Shown here piece by piece: positions 1 through 12,200 of a stretch of DNA of 64,000 bases. Source of the stretch: Eledone cirrhosa (Eukaryota). The notes under the pieces are model-generated. The model worked only from the letters and a program-made list of their open reading frames with translations. It was not told the DNA's origin and ran no database searches. The position numbers and the translations under genes were made by a program. Position 1 is the first letter of the stretch. Every line of letters starts with the position of its first letter. The stretch covers positions 401,636,001 through 401,700,000 of the forward strand of contig OZ024740.1 in assembly GCA_964016885.1 (NCBI GenBank), in the 5' to 3' direction.

Positions 1-171
1 ATTTTATAGACATGTCAGTAGGATGAACACTTCATTGTTGGTCTTATGTTCGCATACAAGAGGAAGAATGAAGGGTTCATTCTACTGACATGGCTGTAAA
101 TTTGAGGCTTGTTTGCATAATTGCAAATGAATCGAATGTTATTATTGATATTCGAAAAGCGCAGAATACAG

Positions 172-248
<77 letters not shown>

Positions 249-282
249 CATATATATACATATATATACATATATATATATA

Positions 283-430
283 AGGAAAACAGTTGTGATA
301 AAAACCACAAAACCTCCATCTCAATTCTACTTTTGAAAAGCAGAAGAACTGCGAAACCGGTATAAGAACCAAATAAATATATATTTAAAAAAAAAAGACT
401 CCTGTTGCATTTTCGATTTCATCTTTTTTC
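283..430 (+). mobile_element. Short PLE-end fragment (family A) after (TA)n
   Basis: Nearly identical reverse-complement copy at 29220-29358; contains an HHR followed by AATAAA; abuts (TA)n. Confidence 0.65.
330..366 (+). ncRNA. Minimal type-I hammerhead ribozyme, family A (U3-A8 core)
   Basis: ctt TTGAAAA gcag-aagaa-ctgc GAAA ccgg TA taag; stem II gcag/ctgc, palindromic stem III ACCGGT, GUA site; stem I weaker than in the 29.3-kb copy. Confidence 0.65.
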
Positions 431-500
431 ATTATACTTTCACTCGTGTAGGACACTTCAGTTATTTTTCATTTTGTTAAAAAAAAAATCAGTTTCTAAT

Positions 501-540
<40 letters not shown>

Positions 541-558
541 AGTGTGTGTGTGTGCGTA

Positions 559-854
559 GAGGTTATATTTAATTTGTTGGGATATAACAAGAAAAATATA
601 TTTATAACTGATATAAAGCACTCAACAAATTATTGGAGTAAATATACAATATATTAACAAATGGAAACTATATTTATAAAACTCCAACCGTGAAGATTGC
701 AATTTTCAGGGTATCTCAATATTTATTTATAAAACTAATCTATATTTTATTTTATCTGATGAAAGCGCACCATAATCTGCCTTGGTGGTCCTTGAAATAT
801 GTATAATGAAATAAATATGGTTTATAAATATAGTTTCCATTTGTTAATATATTG

Positions 855-858
<4 letters not shown>
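559..858 (+). mobile_element. Palindromic PLE-end insertion (family B)
   Basis: Inverted arms ~643-680/820-858, flanked by microsatellites; homologous to 9773-10128 and 37270-37790. Confidence 0.7.
748..813 (+). ncRNA. Type-I hammerhead ribozyme, family B
   Basis: tattttat CTGATGA aag..cacc..ggtg..ctt GAAA tatgta TA atgaaata; 8-bp stem I with one G-U, AUA site. Confidence 0.8.
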
Positions 859-915
<57 letters not shown>

Positions 916-1860
916 GCATACATACATATATACTTGTTTCTAGGCGAGTTTGTGTGTGTATGTCTGTTTGTCTGTGCATCTACATTTGTACATAAAATAC
1001 ACTCCTTTCCACATATTGAACCAAGTGTAATGAACACACAAATACTTAGTGATGCTCATATAAATATATCTAATGATACACATGGGCTTATTTATACCTT
1101 CTAATCAGTCTGATTTTATTTGTATGCCTTTAGTTCTCTTTTTAAACCTCTGCCTCTTACCAGAAATTCTGGATGTATAGTAAGAAAGAAAGCAAAGATA
1201 AGGAGAAACATTTTAACTGATGGTCATGTAAAGGAGTGATAGCTCTGTGTATACTTGTACAAGTTATGTTTTATTAATAATTGCAGCTGTTAAACTTGGC
1301 AAAACATCTGAATATAGGGTGTTTATTACGTTTGAGTGTTCTTTAATATCGCTACTGGTTATATAATCGGTTGTTTAACAGGCGTGTTTATCAAGTTCAT
1401 CTGATATATGTTTAACAAGATGTTTAGTCAAATATATATAATACACATATATATAATACACATATATATATTTCATATGTAAAGATGTGCTACGGACAAA
1501 GTTCCTATATTATCTAAGGTTCAACATTATTTTATTATAAACGTTACACAGACTTCAACATCAACTGGTGACCTATTGAAATGCATCGATCTCTAAATTT
1601 CACATTTAGCGTCCAGGTAGCTTTGACTTCCTGTCTGTCAACGGAAGGATTCCGTCATCTTGCCTTTCATTGAATACTTAGGTTTCATTGCACTAATATT
1701 TTTCGAAATATAGAACTGAATCACGTTACAGGATTTGAATCTAATCAAATTTTACATTTATTTTTGCTATGAAGTTCTCACACACACACACATACGCGCA
1801 CACACCAACACCTACACACACTCACACACAATCACATTTAAATACATACATACACACACC

Positions 1861-1937
<77 letters not shown>

Positions 1938-1940
1938 TTA

Positions 1941-2048
1941 ATATAGAACTGGCTTCTACAGGACTAGAATTATTTCATTCGAAGGGAATAACCAGGAAAG
2001 TTTCCCGATGATTTCTTCCAATGAAACAGTTCTACTTCTGTAGAAGAC

Positions 2049-2087
<39 letters not shown>

Positions 2088-2116
2088 CTTACTGTGGTTA
2101 CCCCCCATTGAATCCG

Positions 2117-2118
<2 letters not shown>
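1941..2118. mobile_element. Degenerate palindromic PLE-end insertion (family C) with two decayed HHRs
   Basis: Imperfect palindrome 1941-2053; + arm tttc CCGATGA..GAAA cag..ctg TA gaag (2001-2046); family C tail piece at 2081-2118. Confidence 0.65.
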
Positions 2119-2177
<59 letters not shown>

Positions 2178-2788
2178 AAGAGAGATAAAGAGAGAGGGGG
2201 GAGATGAGGAGGAGGATTACCACGTTTAAGTTATGCAGTTAGCAAATATTCAGTCTCATTTTCTAATGAAGAACTAAGATTTGTTTACTATGTGAAACAG
2301 ATTGAATTTAATATCTCTGTAATCTTTTATAATCTGTTGCCTTTAATCTTCGTATTTTCTTTCATCGAGTATATTTTCTAATTACTACTTCAAGTCCTCA
2401 ACCTTATCCCTAACGCAAACAGCTCTATTTCTTCTTTTCCTCGTTTTGACAGATTTCTAACTGATATATGTCATACAAAAATTATGTAATAGCGATTATA
2501 AAATCTCGGTAACTACAACTAATACTAATTAAATTTTGTTAATATTTCAGGATATCGCCAGGAATGTGAACATCTGCGTTCGGTTACTTCTCCGGTGTTA
2601 TTTTGAAAAAAAAAACAAAAAAAACTCGTCAATTTCATTTTTAGCACCACTTCATTATATATATATACACTTATACATGCACACATATACGTATGTATAT
2701 ATATATATACATATATACATACACACATATACGTATGTATATATATATATATACATATATACATACACACACACACACACGCACACAT

Positions 2789-2879
<91 letters not shown>

Positions 2880-3388
2880 CTAGCTGAGGTACCCTGCTTC
2901 GTCTGGGAGAACAGTTAAGAGAAGACGGATAAAAAGAAAACGACTGTATTGGATGTGGTGTCTGGTATGAGGTGAGGCCGTAGTAGGTGTGTGTGTGTGA
3001 GAGAGACATACAAAAATCATAAAACTTCATTATTAGGCTGGAGGAATAAACTGCCGATTAAATGGTAGCATTGGCCTTCGATTTTAAATATGAAATAACC
3101 ATAGTCAGTATGATCTTTTTCAGCTCCAAAGGACGTCATCTGAAACGCAGCAATATACCGCAGAACACTGCTTCTGAAGTGTTTAGATTCGTTAGTACGG
3201 ACTGTAAGTAACATATGGATAAAAACTGGAGGGTAGATTAATTTCAAATAGTTTAAGTTTTTTGTTTTTGTTCTGCAAAATCAAAGACTGTAAAACGAAT
3301 TTATAAAAGCTAATGCAATATTGTTAAACCTTCCTATAGATCAAAGGATCTATAGTTTAAGCTGTTTCTAGACTTTCGTGAGTCGTGG

Positions 3389-3423
<35 letters not shown>

Positions 3424-3610
3424 AATATCTAACCCTTGAAATGTAGCTCTCTCTGTATAACGGACTATCTCTCTCTTTCTGCCTCTCGCTCTGTATCTCT
3501 CTTTTTTAGATGTGTGTGTATGTATTTATGTATGGTGTGTGTGTGTGGTTTTCCTGTGATTCAACCGACCAGCCAACCAATAAACATCTTTCTTTTATGT
3601 TATATATAGA
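2880..3610 (-). mobile_element. Internally deleted Helitron
   Basis: On minus strand: A|TCTATATATA 5' end; subterminal hairpin (cccag..caggg) then CTAG|T 3' end; internal RepHel-like peptide. Confidence 0.8.
3017..3247 (-). pseudogene. Helitron RepHel N-terminal fragment
   Basis: SKHFRSSVLRYIAAFQMTSFGA...[14 protein letters not shown] fits the Helitron motif SKHF..NIR.YN.AFQMTSFG...FKIQGQ.YH.IGSL. Confidence 0.8.
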
Positions 3611-3627
3611 TATATATTTATATAACA

Positions 3628-3760
3628 GAGGCGGAATCATTGGAAGCCATCGCGGATAGAATGCTTAGCCGTATTTAAATTCCACCGAGATCAACTGTGC
3701 CTTTCATCCTTTTGAGATCGTTAAAAATGTATCAACGGAGCACTGACATCGATTCTTATG
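3628..3760 (+). mobile_element. tRNA-derived SINE, degenerate (Nin/Deu-like core)
   Basis: aaattccaccgagatcaactgtgcctttcatccttttgagatcgttaaaaatgtatc matches the other copies. Confidence 0.6.
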
Positions 3761-4166
3761 GTATATCTCCTTCTCACTTACTCTCGTTTACTCTCGTTTA
3801 CTCTCGTTTACTCTCTTCTCTGGAAAAAGCCGTTGTGTTACGACCTAAAGAATGATGGGCTTCGCCTGCTTTAAAAACTGTCCGAGAAGTGCCATAACAC
3901 TACAGTGAATATCAGAACAGCGGGTCGATAGATATATATGCGTTTAATTTCACATTCCATCATTCTATACATAAAAACATAAACATACTGTTTCTGGGAA
4001 AGAATTTAAAAAATGAATCACAGTAAATTAATTAAAATAATTTTAATTTCGTTAAATTAAATTAAATTTTGTTAAATTAAATTAAGTTAAATTTAATTAT
4101 ACATATATTTATTGATTTAACTTTCTATTTCTCAATAAATATTTTAAATAAGTATAAAAAAGAAAG

Positions 4167-4202
<36 letters not shown>

Positions 4203-4204
<2 letters not shown>

Positions 4205-4818
4205 AATTAAATTAAGGGTGTCATGTCCGAGAGACATGCACCATATCCACTGTAGAATATGCTCAAAGATTCCAATGAATAGATCCGAGCGTTTTATATC
4301 AACTAGAAATTCATTGACATATATATATATATCTAAAATAAACATATGAAACAATCACAGGGAATAATTTGTAAAAGTGTGTAAGCTCACACAACTAGGT
4401 AGGTAACTAATTAAAGTTTAACTAGAACTTTAAATATAGATACCTTTTAAAATGATTAATCTTCCTTGTATATATTTCATTAAAGAAATATATTTCACCA
4501 TCAATCGATCGGTAAACCACAGTAGTCAAATCATAGATTTTCAACAATGGAGAAGATTTAACTATCTGTGTTTACACTGTAAATGCAAATCTGCGAATGA
4601 CTAGCAGCACGTGTTGCATTTTTTAAAAGGTATCTATATTTAAAGTTCTAGTTAAACTTTAATTAGCAGCACTTCATTATATATATATACATATATACAT
4701 ACACACATATACGTATGTATATATATATACATATATACATACACACATATACGTATGTATATATATATATACATATATACATACACACATATACTTATGT
4801 ATATATATATACATATAT

Positions 4819-4861
<43 letters not shown>

Positions 4862-4948
4862 TGTGTGCTTACACACTTTTACAAATTATTCCCTGTGATT
4901 GTTTCATATGTTTATTTTAGATATATATATGTCAATCAATTTCTAGTT
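4203..4948. mobile_element. PLE-end-like repeat (family H) with inverted arms
   Basis: IR 4301-4387/4867-4948; body homologous to 49281-49500; candidate long-stem-II HHR at 4458-4558 (-). Confidence 0.5.
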
Positions 4949-5015
4949 TATATATATATATATATAATACTAATGAGGATTTCGGCGTGTGCGTTTGTCT
5001 ATGTGAATGTGTCTT

Positions 5016-5076
<61 letters not shown>

Positions 5077-5238
5077 ACATAGTGGAATTTTTTTCAAAGT
5101 ATTAGAAATTATGATAAAGTGAAATTGTAAATTGCGAAGAATATAGCGGAAGAAACGACGTCAGAACTGAACAATAGATTTATTTATCGACTTCGAAAAG
5201 ATTAACAGTGAAGTTAAGCACTGTATACAAATTATAAT

Positions 5239-5373
5239 TGTTTCTACTTTAGGAACGAGGCCAACAATTCACCAGTACATTACTGGTACTTTATATTATC
5301 GACCCCGTAAGGATGAAAGGCAAAGTTAACCTCGGCGGAATTTGAACTCAGACTGTAAAGGGACGTAACTATG
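5239..5373 (-). mobile_element. 5'-truncated Nin/Deu-core SINE with 18-bp TSD
   Basis: Core gcctttcatccttacggggtcgataa on minus; TSD ctgtatacaaattataat at 5221-5238 and 5374-5391. Confidence 0.8.
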
Positions 5374-5469
5374 CTGTATACAAATTATAATAATGGTCAA
5401 ACAGAATTCCAGCACGTAGAAACAATAGGTTCCAGGATTACTGAGACAACTGAGTCGATTGAGACTCAT

Positions 5470-5683
5470 CCAAGCTTTCCTTCCTCAGCCTCTCACCAAG
5501 CTTTCCTTCCTCGGCCTCTCACCAAGCTTTCCTCCCTCGGCCTCTCACCAAACTTTCGTTACTCGACCTCTCACCAAACTTTCGTTACTCGGCCTCTCAC
5601 CAAACTTTCGTTACTCGACCTCTCACCAAACTTTCGTTACTCGGCCTCTCACCAAGCTTTCCTTCCTTGACCTCTCACCAAGC
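5470..5683. repeat. 26-bp minisatellite, ~8 units, two variants
   Basis: CCTCTCACCAAGCTTTCCTTCCTCGG and CCTCTCACCAAACTTTCGTTACTCG(A/G) units. Confidence 0.9.
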
Positions 5684-5904
5684 GTTCTACGAATTTCCTC
5701 AAGTGTTGCACCTCCATGTATGTCCTCATCTTGCTAGCTTGACTGAATAGTAAAGAGTCTGTAATCAGTCATGTCACTCCGTTACACCGTTCTGCGCCCA
5801 TAAAATAGTAATCAATAATTTACAATAAAAATATTCGATTAAACTTAAAACCAGAATAATATTTTTCAGCATTGTAGTCAGTAGCATAAATATATATATA
5901 TATA

Positions 5905-6160
5905 TAGTCGATCGACAAGATCCCAGGCCTCATTCGCTAAATGAGTGGGATAGAGCTCGTCAAATTGGACCGAAGAAACCAAGTTTCCATTGGTCTTTCC
6001 AATACCTAATCTTATCGGTTGGTCGGAACTCATGGCAGAAGGAACAACGTGAAATAAAATATCTTCCCCAAAGACAACGCATCACCCGGTCTGGCAATCG
6101 ATATCACAACCTCACGATTGCAACACCAATTCTCTAACCATTCAGCCACCTGCCTTCACC
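5905..6160 (-). mobile_element. tRNA-derived SINE with hairpin-rich tail ending in (TA)n
   Basis: tRNA-like head at 6040-6160; same head-tail junction at 47545-47705; tail-only copy at 18067-18172. Confidence 0.6.
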
Positions 6161-6230
6161 AAGTGGTGCTATTAAGTCAGACTTGCTCTGGGCCAATACT
6201 GGCCGAAACGAAAACTATCAAAGTCACAGT

Positions 6231-6267
<37 letters not shown>

Positions 6268-8000
6268 ATAATGATGGCTGCGCGTTGCAAATGGGGTGCA
6301 TATGAAAAAGTAAGTCCTTCATCAGTGACCCTCCAACCGTCCCAGGCATTTCATCGCTTTAAGGGCCATATACCTCAGGTTGGTGCGAACAACGGCTAAA
6401 AAAGTCGTTGGGACACGTAAATAAAGGGGACGTTAGGGTAACAAACAAAATGGTTTAAGCAACGGAAAGTGAGAAGAAATAGACAAGTCCCAGATCTCTA
6501 TGAATATAAACTCGGTGAAATCGTGAACAAGAGACAAAAGACCATCAAACCTGGTTGAAATGTGAGCAAGGAAGGAATTACGCACAAGTCAAACGGGGGG
6601 AAGAAGAAGAAGAAGAAGAAGAAGAAGAAGAAGAAGAAGAAGAAGAAGAAGAAGAAGAAGAAGAAGAAGAAGAAGAAGAAGAAGAAGAAGAAGAAGAAGA
6701 AGAAGAAGAAGAAGAAGAAGAAGGGGTCTGGTCTACGAATTCGGTAAACATAAGTTTTGTGAAGTCGCAGACGAAAGAGAAAGAGAGAAAAAAATTTCAT
6801 ACCGGCTTGACCAAGAACGCGCGAGAAAAGAATTACACACAGGTCAAACGGGAAGGAAGAGGAGGAAAGAGGAGGAGGAGAGGTAGTGACAGGGAATGAG
6901 TGAGTGAAAGTTGAGGAGGAGGCTAACAGAGAGAGAGACTGCTAGAAAGGTTAATACAAATAACGAAACAGACGGGTAGCAGCAGAAGAAAAATTATGTG
7001 TAAATCTGATAATAATGATGGCTGCGCGTTGCAACTGGGGTGCATATGAAAAAGTAAGTCCTTCATCAGTGACCCTCCAACCGTCCCAGGCATTTCATCG
7101 CTTTAAGGGCCATATACCCCAGGTTGGTGCGAACAACGGCTAAAAAAAGTCGTTGGGACACGTAAATAAAGGGGACGTTAGGGTAACAAACAAAATGGTT
7201 TAAGCAACGGAAAGTGAGAAGAAATAGACAAGTCCCAGATCTCTATGAATATAAACTAGGTGAAATCGTGAACAAGAGACAAAAGACCATCAAACCTGGT
7301 TGAAATGTGAGCAAGGAAGGAATTTCGCACAAGTCAAACGGGGGGAAGAAGAAGAAGAAGAAGAAGAAGAAGAAGAAGAAGAAGAAGAAGAAGAAGAAGA
7401 AGAAGAAGAAGAAGAAGAAGAAGAAGAAGAAGGGGTCTGGTCTACGAATTCGGTAAACATAAGTTTTGTGAAGTCGCAGACGAAAGAGAGGGAGAGAAAG
7501 AAATTTCATACCGGCTTGACCAAGAACGCGCGAGAAAAGAATTACACACAGGTCAAACGGGAAGGAAGAGGAGGAAAGAGGAGGAGGAGAGGTAGTGACA
7601 GGGAATGAGTGAGTGAAAGTTGAGGAGGAGGCTAACAGAGAGAGAGACTGCTAGAAAGGGTAAATACAAATAACGAAACAGACGGGTAGCAGCAGAAGAA
7701 AAATTATGTGTAAAAATGTTAATAATGATGGCTGCGCGTTGCAAATGGGGTGCATATGAAAAAGTAAGTCCTTCATCAGTGACCCTCCAACCGTCCCAGG
7801 CATTTCATCGCTTTAAGGGCCATATACCTCAGGCTGGTGCGAACAACGGCTAAAAAAAGTCGTTGGGACACGTAAATAAACGGGACGTTAGGGTAACAAA
7901 CAAAATGGTTTAAGCAACGGAAAGTGAGAAGAAATAGACAAGTCCCAGATCTCAATGAATATAAACTCGGTGAAATCGTGAACAAGAGACAAAAGACCAT

Positions 8001-8001
<1 letters not shown>
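6268..8001. repeat. Head-to-tail tandem array, 2.4 copies of a 710-744 bp unit with internal (GAA)n
   Basis: Unit starts atgatggctgcgcg at 6271, 7015 and 7725; (GAA)n at ~6600-6722 and ~7346-7431; (TA)n on both flanks; diverged reverse copy at 59490-59712. Confidence 0.9.
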
Positions 8002-8063
<62 letters not shown>

Positions 8064-8136
8064 TATATGAACAAGTATGACCCCGACGGCAAAGCTCAAG
8101 CCCTTTCGACGGCTAATTCGTTATATATATATAGTA

Positions 8137-8170
<34 letters not shown>

Positions 8171-8268
8171 TGTGTGTGTGTGTGACTATATAGATAGATA
8201 TAGTCACACACACACACACACACATATACATATATATCTTAGCTTCCATAAGACATATCCATATATAT

Positions 8269-8456
8269 ATAGGAACCAGTATGACCCCGACAGCTGAGCT
8301 CAGGCCGTTTCGACGGCTAATTCAGGATTAGCCGTCGAAACGGCTTGAGCTCAGCTGTCGGGGTCTTACTGGTTCCTATTACCCACTCTACTACCCCAAG
8401 TATTGAGTACTTTGGTGCGTTATGGTCCACCTGGTTCCTTACCACATTTCCTTCGT
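8269..8456 (+). mobile_element. Palindromic PLE-end insertion (family I) holding only the 3' half of an HHR
   Basis: Palindrome 8269-8379; ..agccgtc GAAA cggct-tgagctc-agctg TC ggggtc; CUGANGA half lost; extra partial copy 8069-8121. Confidence 0.6.
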
Positions 8457-8505
<49 letters not shown>

Positions 8506-8506
<1 letters not shown>

Positions 8507-8683
8507 CGTAGGTCCCGGGTTGAGTCGGGGATAACCACAGTAAGTAAGGTACTCAATACATGTCAGAGTAAAATTTGTTCATATGTTATAGAAGGAGCTT
8601 CTACAGGACTAGTACTGTTTCATTCAGATGAAATCTTCAGGAAGCTCATCTGAAGGAAACAGTACTAGTCCTGTAGAAGCTCC

Positions 8684-8690
<7 letters not shown>
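8506..8690 (-). mobile_element. Palindromic PLE-end insertion (family C)
   Basis: (TA)n on both sides; inverted partial arm 8647-8690; homologous to 25642-25914 and 62162-62348. Confidence 0.75.
8596..8646 (-). ncRNA. Type-I hammerhead ribozyme, family C
   Basis: agcttc CTGAAGA t-ttc-atct-gaa-t GAAA cag-tactagtc-ctg TA gaagct; 6-bp stem I, 4-bp stem III, GUA site. Confidence 0.85.
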
Positions 8691-8720
<30 letters not shown>

Positions 8721-8725
<5 letters not shown>

Positions 8726-9750
8726 TAAAATAACAGATTAATGTTTAAGCAAAATTACGCGTATGTTTTGTGAAGGTATGTATACCTTCTCGTACGTATA
8801 TTTGACTGTTATAGCGTATAATTTTTACATATTCTGGTATTTAGGGTTTGGCTATGTGTATACGGGAGTTTTGCGTCCTCGTGAGTGTGCAGGTTCGTAC
8901 GTATGGTGGGTGGGTGTATATGTGTACTTCTTGTTTTAGTTGACTTACGTCGCCGAACATTCGTGTATTTATATGTAGGTATGCGTGTGCGCTTGTTATA
9001 TACGTATTTATTTACTTATATACGTTTATATAATTATTTATTTATTTGTACACAAGCATACACACACACACATATTTATATGTGCGTGGTTTTGTATACC
9101 CATGGTAAGGTTTTGCGTATGCTTGTGTATGTACGTATCTGTTTGCGTGTATGTATTTATTTGTTTCTATTACAGCTGTATTGTATTTATTTACTTTGTT
9201 CTTAACTCTGTAGCGGAGATTCATTTGGTCTCCTAGTTAGAATTTTAGTCTACGATTTCTGCTATACCATTTACGTGGTTTTGTCTTTGCGTGCTATTGT
9301 TCTCTACGCTCAACATATGACTTATTATCTTCGTTTTTTCGTTCATTGCCAGAGAACGTCTCTATGCACCACCTAAGAGAACATTAGTCTACGACCTCTT
9401 TTATACGATAAACGTGGTTCTGTCTTTGCGCGTAATTGTTTTTCACCGCTCCTATTAATGACGTATTATTCGTTTTTTCCCGTTCTTTGCCAGCGAACGT
9501 TACCACGAACCAAAGAATCGTCTTCCTGTCTTCCTCCGGTTGCAACGTTTTTTGAAATATCCAGTTCTGCGTTTACAGATTGACTTTGTTAGTTTCAGAA
9601 GATCCCGTTAAGGGTGAAAGCAGCGATTCTTTGCTTAAACTTTAATCTGTTATTTTAATAAATATTTGCTCTACGGTTCTTATATATTTGATATATATTT
9701 TCCTTATCGAGCCCTCTTTGGATTTTAGTCTTCAATTTTATTATTATTAC
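8721..9750 (+). mobile_element. PLE-derived non-coding element (family D) with short 5' inverted arm
   Basis: 8721-8753 inverts 9630-9663; internal ~140-bp duplication 9240-9490; homologous to 44680-45459 and 46285-46520; (TA)n flanks. Confidence 0.7.
9591..9641 (+). ncRNA. Hammerhead-like motif, family D (CAGAAGA core)
   Basis: agttt CAGAAGA t-ccc-gttaa-ggg-t GAAA gcag..ttgc TT aaact; all three stems pair, CUU site, U4 replaced by A. Confidence 0.65.
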
Positions 9751-9815
9751 TATATATATATATATATATATATACGATATTAAATAAATGGAAACTATAT
9801 TTATAAAACCATATT

Positions 9816-9881
9816 TATTTCATTATATATATTTCAGGGATATCATATTAACAATATGTTATGCCTTCTTCAGACAAAATA
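9816..9881 (-). ncRNA. Type-I hammerhead ribozyme, family B
   Basis: tattttgt CTGAAGA agg..catatt-gtt-aatatg..cct GAAA tatata TA atgaaata. Confidence 0.8.
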
Positions 9882-9933
9882 CAATATAGACAGTTTTATA
9901 AATAAATAGATTTGACATACCGTTCAACATCGA

Positions 9934-9998
9934 CTTGTATTTGAAAAAGGCATAACATATTGTTAATATGATATCCCTGAAATATATATAATGAAATA
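9934..9998 (+). ncRNA. Hammerhead motif, family B, TTGAAAA core
   Basis: cttgtat TTGAAAA agg..cct GAAA tatata TA atgaaata; stem I imperfect. Confidence 0.55.
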
Positions 9999-10128
9999 AA
10001 TATGGTTTTATAAATATAGTTTCCATTTATTTAATATCGTAAATATACTCCAAATACTTGTTGAGTGCTTTTATATCAGTTATAAATATTTACTAGTTGT
10101 AACCCAACAATTTAAATATAACTTTCCA

Positions 10129-10301
<173 letters not shown>

Positions 10302-10354
10302 ACTTTTATCTAAAGACAGATGAAAGAACATTGCTTTCCACGTGTAAACCGGTT

Positions 10355-10575
10355 CATTTTGGTATATCGGTAGAGCGTCGGACAACTCGCTTTGCAACGA
10401 AGAGTTACAGTTCTTAACGTTCTGAGTTCAAATCCAGCCGTGGTTAGCTTTGCCTTTAATCCTTAAGGACTCGATAAAATAAAGCACCTCGAAAGCACTA
10501 GGGTCAATTTAATAAACTTTTCACTCCCCGCACACCCAAATTGCTGGCCTTGTGTTTATAGTAGAAATCATTATT
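10355..10575 (+). mobile_element. Nin/Deu-core tRNA SINE
   Basis: B-box-like gagttcaaatcc; gcctttaatccttaaggactcgataaaataaag; tail gctggccttgtg..gtagaaa. Confidence 0.75.
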
Positions 10576-11185
10576 AGCTGGAGAGGAATTCGAAAAATGA
10601 TACAAAACTGTTATGCATAAGTACGTCTATTAACATATGCATGCATAGATATATACATACAGAAATAAAAAAAAAACACAGAAGGATTGAGTTACAGGCA
10701 GGCATACGTTTAGTTATATATCAATAGATGAATTGTTAGCATATAGGGTTAATTTTGTTGGACTTATTTAGTGTGAAGATAAAGTAGCTTTCTCAAACTT
10801 CCAAATTCGGTGATGGCTTGAATCTGGACGAAGAAATCATTCAAGTGTGAAGGCACTCATAGTAAAGGTCATGTGGCATCGCAAAAAAGGAAATACATTC
10901 TGAATTGAAGTATCTTCTATGAAGTCGTCAATAGCTTACTTCCTATAGGGTACTTCAGGCTATCTTTAGATGTTGGACATACACACCGTCTTTCCACCCA
11001 AGAATACTTTCGCAAATAACAAGTTCATTTAAGAAAACATTTGGCAATTATTTGAGATGTACATTATGGTAGCATATGGATCAATGATTCAACCCCCCCC
11101 CCCCATATATATATATATATACATATATATTTTATGTTTTTATATATACATATATATATTTTATGTTTTTATATATACATATATA

Positions 11186-11394
11186 CAGGGTGGGCTAAAT
11201 GTCACTTCTTACCCATTTTTATTAATAAAACATTACAAACTGTCTCAAAAATCATTGTTTTCGGAGGCTATATTTTTCCTTAATTGGATCTTATTTTTAT
11301 TCAATTTTAATCCGAAAGAAAAATACATATTTTAATAATAGGTCAAAAATTATGAATTTTTTGAAATAGGAAGAGACTTTTGGCCTACCCATTG
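11186..11394. mobile_element. Tc1/mariner-type MITE
   Basis: TA|CAGGGTGGGCTAAATGTCACTT ... AAGAGACTTTTGGCCTACCCATTG|TA: imperfect TIRs with TA target. Confidence 0.6.
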
Positions 11395-11864
11395 TATATA
11401 TATATATAGTGCGGGAAAGCAGCTGAGATGGTTTGCTACAGATTTCAAGGTGGGTGTATTAACTTTCATGACAAAGGATGAGGGAGAAAAAGGGGGGACG
11501 ACAGAGAGAAAGGCGAAAGTCGGAGTGAAAGAAGGAGAGTAAAGAGAAGGAGATACGGAGAGGCATAGGGGAGATGGATTATATCAGTGACCGAGTAACG
11601 CCGCTTTGATACATTTTAGTTTCTTCGTCTGCACCTGTTTTGTTCGGTCACGTGCTTTTCCCTTTTAAAAGCACAAGTGCATAATATCTATAGATCTTTC
11701 AATAGAGACGTTGATTCTAAAAGACAATTCTGATCACGGAAACAGTTCAAGCGTGATGCAGCAGCTAGAGGGGAAACTGTTGTTGTTGAAAGCATTAATA
11801 TTATGATTCGCTGTTCCAAAGAACATGCTATTTATGTGCTGCTATACATATAGGGTGCATGCAA

Positions 11865-12200
11865 ATGTTTAGGATGTTCGCTTCGCAGTCATTATGTCTC
11901 CGGTTCGATCCTATGCGTGACATCTTGTTCAAGTATCATTTACTTGAACCACATGTCGATCCATGCCTTGGGAGTGAAACTGAGAAGACAGAAACAACTA
12001 GAAGTATGTTGGATGGACTGCAGCTGTAATTCAAATTGCTTCCGTTGTCACGCATTGTTTCACACTGGAGTGAATCTCTTTGTGAATTAAGTTAGGGGTG
12101 TGAGCATTTGTGGCATGATCGTAAACTTGCACGATAATTCAATAAGATTGTTCTTTTGATCGAAGAACTTTAACAGGTATCCTCGGAATCGATTGATATC
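11865..12200 (+). mobile_element. Old tRNA-derived SINE (second family)
   Basis: ggttcgatcc B-box followed by gcgtgacatcttgttcaagt..gccttgggagtg..gacagaaac. Confidence 0.45.

Larger units (their letters stand above)
9773..10128. mobile_element. Palindromic PLE-end insertion (family B) with two opposed HHRs
   Basis: Arms 9773-9868/9944-10041; (TA)n flanks. Confidence 0.75.

Noticed and set aside
5371-5737. Repetitive ORFs, or a CRISPR-like array
   Set aside because: Contiguous 26-bp minisatellite with no unique spacers and no cas genes; eukaryotic context
6305-6385. Functional hammerhead in the tandem unit
   Set aside because: CTGATGA has no downstream GAAA; the alternative CTGAGGT..GAAA fold lacks A9 and an NUH site
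11434-11480. Hammerhead remnants here and at 25297-25333, 26190-26250, 28930-28955, 43255-43280 and 47010-47050
   Set aside because: Core deleted, mutated or only the 3' half present; probably decayed pLTRs, not counted as ribozymes
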